A stretch of DNA of 64,000 bases from a virus, in the IMG/VR virus record IMGVR_UViG_3300046323_000419, positions 1 through 64,000 of that record; one strand, given 5' to 3'. This document shows positions 47,986 to 58,202 of this stretch, one piece after another. Under the pieces are notes generated by a model. The model saw only the letters and a program-made list of their open reading frames with translations. It did no database searches and had not been told where the DNA came from. Both the position numbers and the translations under genes were made by a program. Numbering within the stretch: the first letter of the stretch is position 1; the number at the start of each line of letters is the position of its first letter.

Positions 47986-48930
47986 ATGAAGCTGGAAGAA
48001 ATAAAAGAATTTTTAAGAAATAAACAAGGATATATTAAATTTGGTGCTTATAAATTATCAACAATATTAGATGTTGATGAAGATTTATGTTATCAAGCAT
48101 TAGGTGAAATTCGTAAAGAATTTAAAAATAAATACGAATATAAAAAACCTTTATTTGAAGATTATAAAAATAGAACTATCGATAATAAACCTAAAACAAC
48201 TGAAGACGTTTTTAAAAATGCTTTTAAATATACAACATTATCTAAAACTCCTCATGAAAGTTTTATTAAAAAATCTAAAACTGGTAAAAATGTTTTAGTT
48301 ATTGGTGATTTACACGAACCTTTTTGTTTAGATGGTTATTTAGAACATTGTATCAAAACCTACAGTAAATATAAATGTAATGAGGTAGTGTTTATAGGCG
48401 ATATAATAGATAATCATGCTAGTTCGTATCACGAAACTGATCCAGATGGATATAGTGCCGGAAAAGAACTTAAATTAGCGATACAACGAATAAAACAATG
48501 GTATAGTGCTTTTCCAAAAGCAACTATAATCATAGGTAATCACGATAGACTTATAATGCGTAAAGCACAAACAGCAGGTTTATCGAGAATGTGGATTAAA
48601 GACTATGCTGAAGTACTGGGTACACCAGGTTGGAATTTTACAGATTCAATTGAAATAGATGACGTATTATATATTCATGGAGAAGGTGGTACTGCTAGAG
48701 CAAGGGTGCGTAGAGACTTACAATCTATTGTACAAGGTCATTTACATAGTCAAGCATATATTGATTGGTGTGTAGGTGCTAAATTTAAACTATTTGGAAT
48801 GCAAGTAGGATGTGGAATTAATCATGAATCTTATGCAATGGCATATGGTAAAGAAGGTCCTAAACCTGCTATAGCATGTGGGGTAATTCTTCAAGGTGAA
48901 GTACCGATAAATATAATGATGAATTTATAA
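47986..48930 (+). CDS. calcineurin-like metallophosphoesterase
   Basis: GDLH, GDIID, GNHD, YIHG, GHLH. Confidence 0.92.
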   Translation: MKLEEIKEFLRNKQGYIKFGAYKLSTILDVDEDLCYQALGEIRKEFKNKYEYKKPLFEDYKNRTIDNKPKTTEDVFKNAFKYTTLSKTPHESFIKKSKTGKNVLVIGDLHEPFCLDGYLEHCIKTYSKYKCNEVVFIGDIIDNHASSYHETDPDGYSAGKELKLAIQRIKQWYSAFPKATIIIGNHDRLIMRKAQTAGLSRMWIKDYAEVLGTPGWNFTDSIEIDDVLYIHGEGGTARARVRRDLQSIVQGHLHSQAYIDWCVGAKFKLFGMQVGCGINHESYAMAYGKEGPKPAIACGVILQGEVPINIMMNL

Positions 48931-48943
48931 ATAACAAAATATG

Positions 48944-48972
48944 ACCCCAGCCATAACGGTCTGGGGTTTTTT
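48944..48972 (+). terminator. intrinsic terminator
   Basis: accccag...ctggggt plus T run. Confidence 0.8.
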
Positions 48973-48985
48973 ATTAAATAAACAT

Positions 48986-49666
48986 ATGAAAATAAATAAA
49001 ATAATTTACGATATTCGTACTGCAATAAGAGATACTGTGGATGATCAACGTTTTTCCGACAGGTATTTAATTCATCTATACAATTTAAAACGTAGTAAAT
49101 ACTTACGTAATGATGCTAATAATTTACAAAAATTAATAGATAATTCAATATTACAGAAATTCTGTATGGATATGGAAGAAGTATCCGTTAATGAATGTGG
49201 TTTAGACTACGATTGCGACACGATAATGCGTTCAAAGACCATTATACCAATTCCATTAGAATTACATCTTAAATCAGCTATAACAGAGGTTAAACCAACT
49301 GTTAAAATAAGTAAACCATTTAACTTTGTTAATAAAGAACGAGCTATTTGGAGTCAGTATTCACCTTTTGCAGAATCAATCTATGCTTTTTTAGATACAG
49401 ATAAGTATTTGTATTTAATTAGTAAATCTGAAACAGTTAAATTAATTGACTGTATTACAGTAACAGGTATATTTGAAGATCCTTTAGAATTACAAAATTA
49501 TAAAAATTGTTGTGGTTGTGAAGAACCTAAATCTTGTTTTGATATAGATGACACTGAATACCCATTACAATCACATCATATTGATTCAATAAGAGGTGAA
49601 ATCATACAAACTCTTGTAGGCTCTTTAAAATTACCTCAAGATGAAATAAATAATGCTAATGATTAA
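48986..49666 (+). CDS. tail ring protein
   Basis: Start MKINKIIYD (the 48941 start would run through the terminator); GIFEDP, YPL, DEINNA. Confidence 0.7.
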   Translation: MKINKIIYDIRTAIRDTVDDQRFSDRYLIHLYNLKRSKYLRNDANNLQKLIDNSILQKFCMDMEEVSVNECGLDYDCDTIMRSKTIIPIPLELHLKSAITEVKPTVKISKPFNFVNKERAIWSQYSPFAESIYAFLDTDKYLYLISKSETVKLIDCITVTGIFEDPLELQNYKNCCGCEEPKSCFDIDDTEYPLQSHHIDSIRGEIIQTLVGSLKLPQDEINNAND

Positions 49667-50171
49667 TCTCAGAGGAGAAGGTCGTATTAATACGGATTTT
49701 GGTATTAAAGATTATTACGATTATTATAAATCTAAATCTAAAGAACCTAAATCTAAAACTTTATTTGATAAAGTAGTTTATGATTTTAATAAAAGAATTG
49801 TAGAAAGTATTATTAATGAGGGTTTAGAATTTACACCTGTTAAAACTAAATTTACATTTTGTATTAGAAAGAATAAACGAGGTATTAAATTAGTTGATAA
49901 TAAAGTTGTGAACACTCATCCTATTGATTGGAAAACTACAACTCAATTATGGGAAAATGATGAAGAAGCTAAAGATAAAAAGTTAATTATTAGATTTTTA
50001 AATAATCATACATCTAAGTATGTATTTAGAATTTTAATGTTAAAGGGTAAAGGTAGTTATTTAAATAAAAGATTTTTTAGATATAAACCGCCACGTTCTT
50101 TTCAAAGAACTTTAGCTAAAAGGATACTAAATCCAAATTTAGAAAATTATGAAGCATATAGACAATATTAA
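49653..50171 (+). CDS. IHF/HU-like protein of the crAss tail module
   Basis: Basic; PIDWKTT..LW, FLNNHT, RxxQRxLAK. Confidence 0.65.
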   Translation: MLMINLRGEGRINTDFGIKDYYDYYKSKSKEPKSKTLFDKVVYDFNKRIVESIINEGLEFTPVKTKFTFCIRKNKRGIKLVDNKVVNTHPIDWKTTTQLWENDEEAKDKKLIIRFLNNHTSKYVFRILMLKGKGSYLNKRFFRYKPPRSFQRTLAKRILNPNLENYEAYRQY

Positions 50172-50183
50172 ATATATAAAATT

Positions 50184-50894
50184 ATGATGACAGGACGTAC
50201 TGTAAGTATTGGAAATATACTATGGAAAGTATTAAAACAACCAATTGTACAAGATTTAAAATATGAAGATGCTGCAGAATATGCAATTGAATATTTAAGA
50301 TTAATAGGCGCTTCTTTAGTTTTTGAAGATAAAGTTGAACGTATTAAACTTAATAATTATAAAGGATTATTACCTGTAAATTTAATCAATATTAAAGGAG
50401 TTGCTTATTCAGATTCTGAATGTGAAGGTGGTGTTGCTATGAGATACGCTAGTAACATTTATCATACAGATATTCAAAATAATAGAGATTGTGATGTTTT
50501 TCAAGAACACACATATATAACTCAAAATAATGTTATAACAACCTCAATGAAAGATGGTTGGGTTAATATTTCATACAGTGCATTGGCTACAGATGAATTT
50601 GGTTACCCTTTAATACCTGATAATGAATCGTTTAAAGTTGCTTTAGAATATTATATTATTCATAGAACTTTGGAAGGATTATGGTCAATGGGTAAAATTA
50701 CAGATAAAGTGTTTCAATATTATGAACAAAAGCGCCATTATTATTCAGCACAAGCTACTAATTCAATGATTATTAAAAATATGGATCAAATGGAAACTAT
50801 GATGAATTCAATTAATCGAATGATTTTAGATGTCAATCCACAAGAAACATTTTATAAAAATTTTGGAATAAAAGAAGTAATTAAACAAAAATAA
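50184..50894 (+). CDS. tail tubular / ring protein
   Basis: DEFGYPLIPDN..FK.ALEYYI; position before the muzzle gene. Confidence 0.75.
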   Translation: MMTGRTVSIGNILWKVLKQPIVQDLKYEDAAEYAIEYLRLIGASLVFEDKVERIKLNNYKGLLPVNLINIKGVAYSDSECEGGVAMRYASNIYHTDIQNNRDCDVFQEHTYITQNNVITTSMKDGWVNISYSALATDEFGYPLIPDNESFKVALEYYIIHRTLEGLWSMGKITDKVFQYYEQKRHYYSAQATNSMIIKNMDQMETMMNSINRMILDVNPQETFYKNFGIKEVIKQK

Positions 50895-50896
50895 TT

Positions 50897-53800
50897 ATGA
50901 CAAATAAATTTATTACACATAGTTATGTAGGAATGCAAAAAGATATTTCAAATAGTAAATATCAACCAAATTTTTATTATGATGCAAAAAATATAAAGAT
51001 TAATGCTACAACCGATCAAAGTACTTCATCAATTACAAATGAAAAAGGTAATAGTTTACTATTTTCAATACCGATTCCTATAATTAATTATGAGACTAAT
51101 GTAATTAATTACGCTAGTAAAACATTATCTTATACAACTTCTGAAATTATAGGAGATAATCAAAGTTCAATTCAGTATATAATTGGTAACACTACTTATA
51201 GAGAGGGTGCTATATTATTTACAACTGATAATTTAGGGTGTGATTGTGTATGGAAATTTAGATTTTCAGATAATGATTTAGAGTTATTGTATTTAAGAAA
51301 CATGGGCTTTAGTACATCTAGACCCATTCAAGCTATTAATAATTTTGAAAATATAAATATTGATAAAGTATATTGGGTAGACGGTTTAAATCAATTAAGA
51401 TTTATAAATATAGAACATTCAATAATTAATGAAGATTTAGAAGAATTAATTGATATACCATTAAGTGTTATAAATATGGTTGGTAAATCTACATTAACAC
51501 AGCCTGTTATAACTAATATATCTGTTGGAGGAATCCACACTTCTGGTAGAATTCAATACGCATATAATTTATATAGATTAAATTCTTCTCAAACTAAAAT
51601 AAGTCCTTTTAGTGAACTAATATCTTTAGACAAAGGTGCGTTAGGTGGAGGTGAAATAAATGAATCAGTTAGTTCAGCACCTATTATAACTATTACTAAT
51701 ATTGATACATCATATACTAATATTAGAATATATGCTATTAAATATACGTCTTATAATGAAATACCAAGTATATCATTAATTGATGATAGGGCTATACCAT
51801 CAACTGGTATTATTGAAATATTTGATGATGGTAATATAATTAGTACATTATCTTTAGAAGAGTTTATATTTTTAGGTTCGGATATAATAATACCAAAACA
51901 TATTAACACAAAGTTTAATAGATTATTTTTAGCAAATTATAATGAAATAAATTTTAATGTAGATATCGATACTAAAGCATATTCTTTTGCCCCAAGTGGT
52001 GAATCTATTATATACAAAGATTTATTCTTAGATGGGAATGTTCCAAATGGAACACCTTTCATAATAGTAAATGATATTGATTATGATAACCCAGAACTTA
52101 TTAAACATGATAGTGTAAACTTAAATTATAATGTTTATAAATACCAAAAAGACGGAATTACATTAGGTGGAGAAGGTAAATATTTGAAATATAAATTAAC
52201 TCAAGATACAGTTTATAATAAAAATAATCAATATTTTAAAGATGATGAAATATATAGAATAGGTATTGAGTTTTTTAATAATTATGGTCAATTTTCACAA
52301 CCTAAATGGATTGCTGATTTTAGAGCACCAAGTGGTAATTTAACTGGTAATTATAATACTTTAGAAGTTACTTTAAAACCAGAATTATTTAGTTGGTTAT
52401 CTACAAATGTATTTGAATCAGATTATCAAAAACCTATTGGTTATAAAATTATGATAGCTGAACGTACAATTAACGATAGAACCATTATAGCCAATGGATT
52501 AGTTAGTCCAATGATGGTTAATGATAAATCAAATGAAGATATACCTATTGATTATTCTAGTGTAAGTGATGTAAATTATGTTAGAGATAAAGCTAAAACA
52601 TTACCTAAATTACCAAATTTTACAACTAGAAATTGTAATACATTTAGCAATTATGGATTAGTTCAACCATTATATAAAGCTAAACATTTAAAAGATATGA
52701 ATACTCTTCGTAATTCACCTGATACTGAAATACAAAGAGCAGATGTTGGTTCAGATACTTCTGGTAGATTATATCAATTTAATTCAATGTTACAACTATA
52801 TTCACCAGAAGTAATGTTTGGGAATACAGTTTCAGTTTCTGATAGTACTAAATTAAGGGTTAAAGGTTCATTGAAAAATAATATAAATAATTCATGGAGT
52901 AGGAAATACGAAGCTTCTCAATCTATTATTTTAGATGAAGTTAAAGCATTAGGTGGATTAACTCAAGCTTATTCAACATCATTTGATCCAATTCTTGGGG
53001 AAGCTGCTGCACCATTAAATATGGGGTTGATATCTCATCCAGCGGATTCTAATCCAGATAGAGTTACTCATACAATGTTTCATAGAGGTTATGGTAATTT
53101 AGAACCTGAACTTGGAATTAATGATTTGTTTACACCTTCAATTTCTGAAACAATTTTGGATATTTATGGAAAACCAGAAGTGACTGAAAAAGGTCAATCT
53201 GGTACAAATTATAATAATGATCCAAATTACAGATATGTAAATTCACTACAAGGTGTATTAACAGACGCTAATACTTATTTTGATAATGATGGTAAATTTC
53301 AAAGAAGAATTGTATCTATAAATAGTTATGGTAATAGATGTATTACAATTGTACCAGGATTAAATAATCCATCAATAAATCATTGGGATAGACCTAAATT
53401 AGAATCTATATTTTTAAGTACAGGTTTAAGTGGTGACAACAATGGTATAATAGTTGAACTTATAAAAAATGATAATGAAATTTATTTAGGTAATATATAT
53501 GGAGGTAATAGTTATGAAGATAAATTAAGAACTAATTATATTGAAATTGGAACATTTAAAGAATTAAATTCATTAGATACAACTATAAATATATCATCAC
53601 CTGGTGACACATACGTTAATACTTTTACTTTTGCTAGAATTGTTAGAACAGATGTTGATATTATGGCGGAAGGAACATATGTATTAGAAGAGATTGTTCA
53701 ATTTATAACTGAAACAACTATAGATTTAAAAAATAGAAATGATTTAAGTTTGCAACCTTGGGATGCTAGATTTCAACCTTATGATTCAGAGTATCACAAA

Positions 53801-54934
53801 TATAATAAAGTTTATTCCCAATTACCAAATTTAGCACAAAGAAGAAGTGTTGATTATAATACAAAACGTTTTAATAATTTTGATACAAATGTAATTGCTA
53901 CTAAAGTCAAATCTGCTGGTGAAATTATTGATAATTGGACTGATATTCAAACTAATGAAGTAATTACTTTAGATGGTAAACATGGATCAATTAATTCATT
54001 AACTAGTTTTAATGATGAATTATATACCATTCAAGATAAAGCTTTAGCATTTCTTTCTATTAACCCTAGAGTTCAAGTTCAGGGTCAAGATGGTTTAGCT
54101 ATTCAATTGGGTAGTGGTAGTGTATTAGATAGATATAAATATATATCTACTGATTCTGGAACATTAAATAAATGGAGTGTGATAACTAGTCCTCAAAGTA
54201 TGTATTATTATGATACTTTAAATAGTTCAATAATGTCATTTAAAGGTGGTTTAGAGAACTTAACTGACTTCAAAGGTCTACATACATTCTTTACAAATAA
54301 TATATCATCAGAGGTTCTTAAAATTGATAATCCAATATTAAAAACAGGTGTATCTTCAGGGTATGATTATAGCAATCATGATTTATTTATGACATTTAAT
54401 CAAACTGGTAAACCTTCTTTTACATTATCATATAATGAAACTAGAAATCAATTTATATCATATCATGATTATTTACCAAGTAATTATATCAGTAAAGGTG
54501 ATTATACATTTACAACTAATCCTTTAAACACATCTATTTACAGACAAGGTATAGGAAATTATAATAATTTTTATGGAGTAAACTATTCATCATATGTCGT
54601 ATTAAATGTAAATCCTGAAGTTAATATGGATACAGTATTTGACAACATAATGTATAAATCAGAAGTTTATCTCAATGATGTGGATCAACCTAATAAAACC
54701 TTAACTAAAGTTAGGCTTTATAGTGAATATCAAGATTCTGGTTTAATACCGTTAACATTAAGCAGAACAGGTAATCTTAGAAGAAAGTTTAGAGATTGGA
54801 ATGCTATTTTACCTAGAAATCAAGGTTCTAGAGAAAGAATTAGAAACCCTTGGGTTAAATTAGTATTACAATTTGATAATACTTCTAATTATAAATTAAT
54901 ATTACATGATGTGATAATTTCATATTCTGTATAA
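50897..54934 (+). CDS. tail stabilisation (muzzle) protein
   Basis: 1345 aa; GMQKDIS..., ITNEKGN, KVYWVDGLNQLR, RIRNPW. Confidence 0.8.
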   Translation: MTNKFITHSYVGMQKDISNSKYQPNFYYDAKNIKINATTDQSTSSITNEKGNSLLFSIPIPIINYETNVINYASKTLSYTTSEIIGDNQSSIQYIIGNTTYREGAILFTTDNLGCDCVWKFRFSDNDLELLYLRNMGFSTSRPIQAINNFENINIDKVYWVDGLNQLRFINIEHSIINEDLEELIDIPLSVINMVGKSTLTQPVITNISVGGIHTSGRIQYAYNLYRLNSSQTKISPFSELISLDKGALGGGEINESVSSAPIITITNIDTSYTNIRIYAIKYTSYNEIPSISLIDDRAIPSTGIIEIFDDGNIISTLSLEEFIFLGSDIIIPKHINTKFNRLFLANYNEINFNVDIDTKAYSFAPSGESIIYKDLFLDGNVPNGTPFIIVNDIDYDNPELIKHDSVNLNYNVYKYQKDGITLGGEGKYLKYKLTQDTVYNKNNQYFKDDEIYRIGIEFFNNYGQFSQPKWIADFRAPSGNLTGNYNTLEVTLKPELFSWLSTNVFESDYQKPIGYKIMIAERTINDRTIIANGLVSPMMVNDKSNEDIPIDYSSVSDVNYVRDKAKTLPKLPNFTTRNCNTFSNYGLVQPLYKAKHLKDMNTLRNSPDTEIQRADVGSDTSGRLYQFNSMLQLYSPEVMFGNTVSVSDSTKLRVKGSLKNNINNSWSRKYEASQSIILDEVKALGGLTQAYSTSFDPILGEAAAPLNMGLISHPADSNPDRVTHTMFHRGYGNLEPELGINDLFTPSISETILDIYGKPEVTEKGQSGTNYNNDPNYRYVNSLQGVLTDANTYFDNDGKFQRRIVSINSYGNRCITIVPGLNNPSINHWDRPKLESIFLSTGLSGDNNGIIVELIKNDNEIYLGNIYGGNSYEDKLRTNYIEIGTFKELNSLDTTINISSPGDTYVNTFTFARIVRTDVDIMAEGTYVLEEIVQFITETTIDLKNRNDLSLQPWDARFQPYDSEYHKYNKVYSQLPNLAQRRSVDYNTKRFNNFDTNVIATKVKSAGEIIDNWTDIQTNEVITLDGKHGSINSLTSFNDELYTIQDKALAFLSINPRVQVQGQDGLAIQLGSGSVLDRYKYISTDSGTLNKWSVITSPQSMYYYDTLNSSIMSFKGGLENLTDFKGLHTFFTNNISSEVLKIDNPILKTGVSSGYDYSNHDLFMTFNQTGKPSFTLSYNETRNQFISYHDYLPSNYISKGDYTFTTNPLNTSIYRQGIGNYNNFYGVNYSSYVVLNVNPEVNMDTVFDNIMYKSEVYLNDVDQPNKTLTKVRLYSEYQDSGLIPLTLSRTGNLRRKFRDWNAILPRNQGSRERIRNPWVKLVLQFDNTSNYKLILHDVIISYSV

Positions 54935-54944
54935 AAATAACACT

Positions 54945-54990
54945 AAAGGTATAGGTAATATTTTAAAGAATATAATCTATACCTTTTTTT
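54945..54990 (+). terminator. intrinsic terminator
   Basis: aaaggtatag/ctataccttt plus T run. Confidence 0.75.
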
Positions 54991-55038
54991 GATTATAAAA
55001 TATACAATAATTTACTAGGAATAATTAATTTGAAATCG

Positions 55039-55046
55039 TATCTTTG
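55039..55046 (+). promoter_or_regulatory. Bacteroidetes-type -7 promoter element
   Basis: TATCTTTG upstream of ORF 55083. Confidence 0.7.
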
Positions 55047-55082
55047 TAATCCAACAAAGATAATCGTAAAATATACATAAAT

Positions 55083-58000
55083 ATGTTACAACCAAAAAAG
55101 AAATCAACAAACTCAGAAATTAAAAATAGTGATATTTTTTATAAAGAATATTTATCTTCACCAAAATATAAAGAAAGATTAATAAAACAAAAATATAATA
55201 ATCCAGATAAAGTAATAAATGATAGAAAATCACAGTCTTCTAAAACTAAAATAAATGAGATACCTTATTTAGGACAATTTACTTCAAAAAATACAGGTTC
55301 TTATTTTATTCCAGAAAATAATACAATTGATTATGATGCCTTTGATTTAAAATTATATCCAGGTTCAAATAAAGAAGATATTATAGTTCACGAACGTTCT
55401 CATTCAGCTGGGGCTTTAAAATATAAAAAAAATAATAATTTAACTTTGAATGAAAATGAAACAAAAGATATAAATAATAAAAATAAAATTAAAGGTGACC
55501 ACGAAAAGAATGCTTGGGAAGCTAAAGCAGATATGGACGTTTTAAGATATTATTTAAAAAAAGATAATATTTATGATACAGGTACTCAAGATTTTACACC
55601 TGAGTTATTAAATAAATCTAAAAATAAATATAAAGATAATACAACAATTAAACGATTTTTAGATCGATTTTCAGATAAAGACGCTATATATTTAATGAAT
55701 AATATAGCAATGAATAATGAACAAAAAAATGAACAAGTAATTTCCGCATATGGAGGTGAAATAAATACAAATATGAATAGATATGCACAAGGTGGAGATC
55801 TTACTCAATTTAATACTGGAGGAACTCATGAATCTTCCCCAATAGGTGGAATCCCAATAGGTAACAATAACTTTGTAGAACAAGGTGAAACTAAACAGGA
55901 TAACTTTATTTACAGTAATAGAATATTTTTAGATGAAAATGTAATCTCTCAATATAATCTACCTAAATCTTTAATTGGTAAATCTGTAGCAGATGCTACT
56001 AAATTAATAGATAATAAATTTAAAGGTAGGAATGATAAGATTTCACAATCTACTAAAAACTCAATGTTATCTAAAATCGCAGAAGCTCAAGAATCTATGA
56101 AACCTCAAGAACCTGAAATGGAACAATCACAAGAGGGTGATGAGCAACAACTTCCTGAAGATATGATTGATTCTAATCAAATGGCTTGGGGAGGGTTTAC
56201 AGATAGTACAATAGGTCAAGGTTTTGGTGAAGAAGCTACTGGTGCACAAAAATCTGCAGCATTAAGCGCGGGATTAGGTGTAGCAACAACTACTTTGGAT
56301 TTAGGTAATGTTGCTTTTGGTAAAGCTGCTCAAGATATATCTGGTACGGCTGAATCAGGAAGAGTTGGCGGAGTTGGAATGATAGGTGGTTCAGCAATTA
56401 AAGGTGCTAGTGCTGGTGCAGCATTTGGGCCATTAGGTGCAGGTATCGGAGCAGCTGTAGGAGGTTTGGCAGGTTTAGCAGGTTTAGGTAAAGCTCGTAA
56501 AGCTGAAGCTTTAAATACTCAACGATTTGCGATGAATACTAATAGAAGTTTATCTGATAATTATTCTGCAATGGGTGGTAGAATAGATCCTAAAAAACCA
56601 ACTGAGCAAACTGTAAATACTCTTCAAAGAGGTATAGATGTAGCTCAATTGATTGGTCAAAAATTTTTTAAAAAAGGTCCATTATCGATTGTTCCAGGAA
56701 CTGTTGGTTCAGCATTTGGAGTACTTGATTCTTTTCAAAATAAAAGAAATATTAATCCCGCAGATGTAATAGGACTTATTCCAAATCCTGTTACTCAAAT
56801 ATTATCTGAAACAATAGATCAGGGTGCTCGTGAGAAAAGAATGACGCATGAATTTGCAGAAAAGTCAAGAAAAATAAATCCTAAAATAGAACTTAAAGAG
56901 ACAGAAAATACAATAAAAGATACTTTTGGAAAAAGAAGTTATGCTGAAGGAGGATTTATTAAGCAATTTGCATATGATGATAAAATGAATCAAATGGAAG
57001 ATGGTGGTTATTATGATAAAAATAATCCTTATTTTATGACAAATCCAGGACAAATAATTCCAAATAACCAACAAACAGTATCTTCAAGTCAAAAAGTTCC
57101 TTTTCCTAAACCACCAACAGCTGATTATGATACTAATATTATTAAAAACGTACATGATGCAATAGGAATAACTCCAAGTATGCCAGGATATGGTAAAGAA
57201 TGGGGTAAAAAAAGTAATCAAGCTTATTATAATAGTGTGATAAACGATAAAGAATCTATGAAAAATAATCCTTCATTTGGAAAAGATTTTAAAACTATGA
57301 CACTTACAAAAAACCAAATGTTACAACCAAATTTTCCAGAATCAGCACAAAAAAGATTTGGATTAACAAAAGAAGGTTATAAATTTACTCCAGAAACTCC
57401 AATCATTCCTCAAAGAGAAGATCCTATTATAACTCCAACTCAAACTAAAGCTGGATTTGAAGCTTACTACGCTAACGCTAAACAAATTGAAGATACTAAG
57501 AAAAATAGAACACTTGTAGGTAAAGGTTTAAGTTATGCAAATGATAATCTTGGTAATTTAGCAAGATATGCTCCAATTGCAGCAAATGCTTTACAATTAG
57601 CACAACTTAAAAAACCTCAAGGTGAAAGATTAGATAGATTAGGTAATCGTTATAAACCTGAATATGTAGATGAAGCACAATTGCAAAATATTGCAAATCA
57701 AACTATGAATAATTCAGTTAATGCTATTGGTCAATCTGGTGCATCTCAAGGTCAATTAAGGTCTTCTATTATAGGTTCTCAATTACAACGAACTAAAGCA
57801 TTATCTGATAGTTACGGTCAAGCTGCAGCTCAAAATAGAGCTACTAATGATAGAGCTCAAACATTTAATTTAGGTGTAGATAGTGCTAATTTACAACAAT
57901 CTAATTCTGAAAAAGATATTAATGCTAGAGACCAAGCTGCTTATAGAAATGCTAAAAGAGAATATATAACAGGTATTGGTGAAGGAATTGGAGATATTGG

Positions 58001-58202
58001 TAAAGAACAGACTCAAAAAAAGATAATTGCTAAAACATTGGGTTATAAATGGGATGGAGAATATGTTAAAAGTCCCGATGGAACAGTTGTAACAGATCCT
58101 GATACTGGTAAACCTATGACTGGAGAAAAATTAAAAGAATTACAATCAACTAAGGATAAAAAAGCATTAGGTGGTTATTTAATAAAAAATAAAGTAAAAT
58201 AA
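55083..58202 (+). CDS. virion cargo/ejection protein with N-terminal zincin-like domain
   Basis: IVHERSH (HExxH) plus WEAKAD; GGTHESSPIGGI; Gly/Ala-rich hydrophobic segment. Confidence 0.75.
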   Translation: MLQPKKKSTNSEIKNSDIFYKEYLSSPKYKERLIKQKYNNPDKVINDRKSQSSKTKINEIPYLGQFTSKNTGSYFIPENNTIDYDAFDLKLYPGSNKEDIIVHERSHSAGALKYKKNNNLTLNENETKDINNKNKIKGDHEKNAWEAKADMDVLRYYLKKDNIYDTGTQDFTPELLNKSKNKYKDNTTIKRFLDRFSDKDAIYLMNNIAMNNEQKNEQVISAYGGEINTNMNRYAQGGDLTQFNTGGTHESSPIGGIPIGNNNFVEQGETKQDNFIYSNRIFLDENVISQYNLPKSLIGKSVADATKLIDNKFKGRNDKISQSTKNSMLSKIAEAQESMKPQEPEMEQSQEGDEQQLPEDMIDSNQMAWGGFTDSTIGQGFGEEATGAQKSAALSAGLGVATTTLDLGNVAFGKAAQDISGTAESGRVGGVGMIGGSAIKGASAGAAFGPLGAGIGAAVGGLAGLAGLGKARKAEALNTQRFAMNTNRSLSDNYSAMGGRIDPKKPTEQTVNTLQRGIDVAQLIGQKFFKKGPLSIVPGTVGSAFGVLDSFQNKRNINPADVIGLIPNPVTQILSETIDQGAREKRMTHEFAEKSRKINPKIELKETENTIKDTFGKRSYAEGGFIKQFAYDDKMNQMEDGGYYDKNNPYFMTNPGQIIPNNQQTVSSSQKVPFPKPPTADYDTNIIKNVHDAIGITPSMPGYGKEWGKKSNQAYYNSVINDKESMKNNPSFGKDFKTMTLTKNQMLQPNFPESAQKRFGLTKEGYKFTPETPIIPQREDPIITPTQTKAGFEAYYANAKQIEDTKKNRTLVGKGLSYANDNLGNLARYAPIAANALQLAQLKKPQGERLDRLGNRYKPEYVDEAQLQNIANQTMNNSVNAIGQSGASQGQLRSSIIGSQLQRTKALSDSYGQAAAQNRATNDRAQTFNLGVDSANLQQSNSEKDINARDQAAYRNAKREYITGIGEGIGDIGKEQTQKKIIAKTLGYKWDGEYVKSPDGTVVTDPDTGKPMTGEKLKELQSTKDKKALGGYLIKNKVK

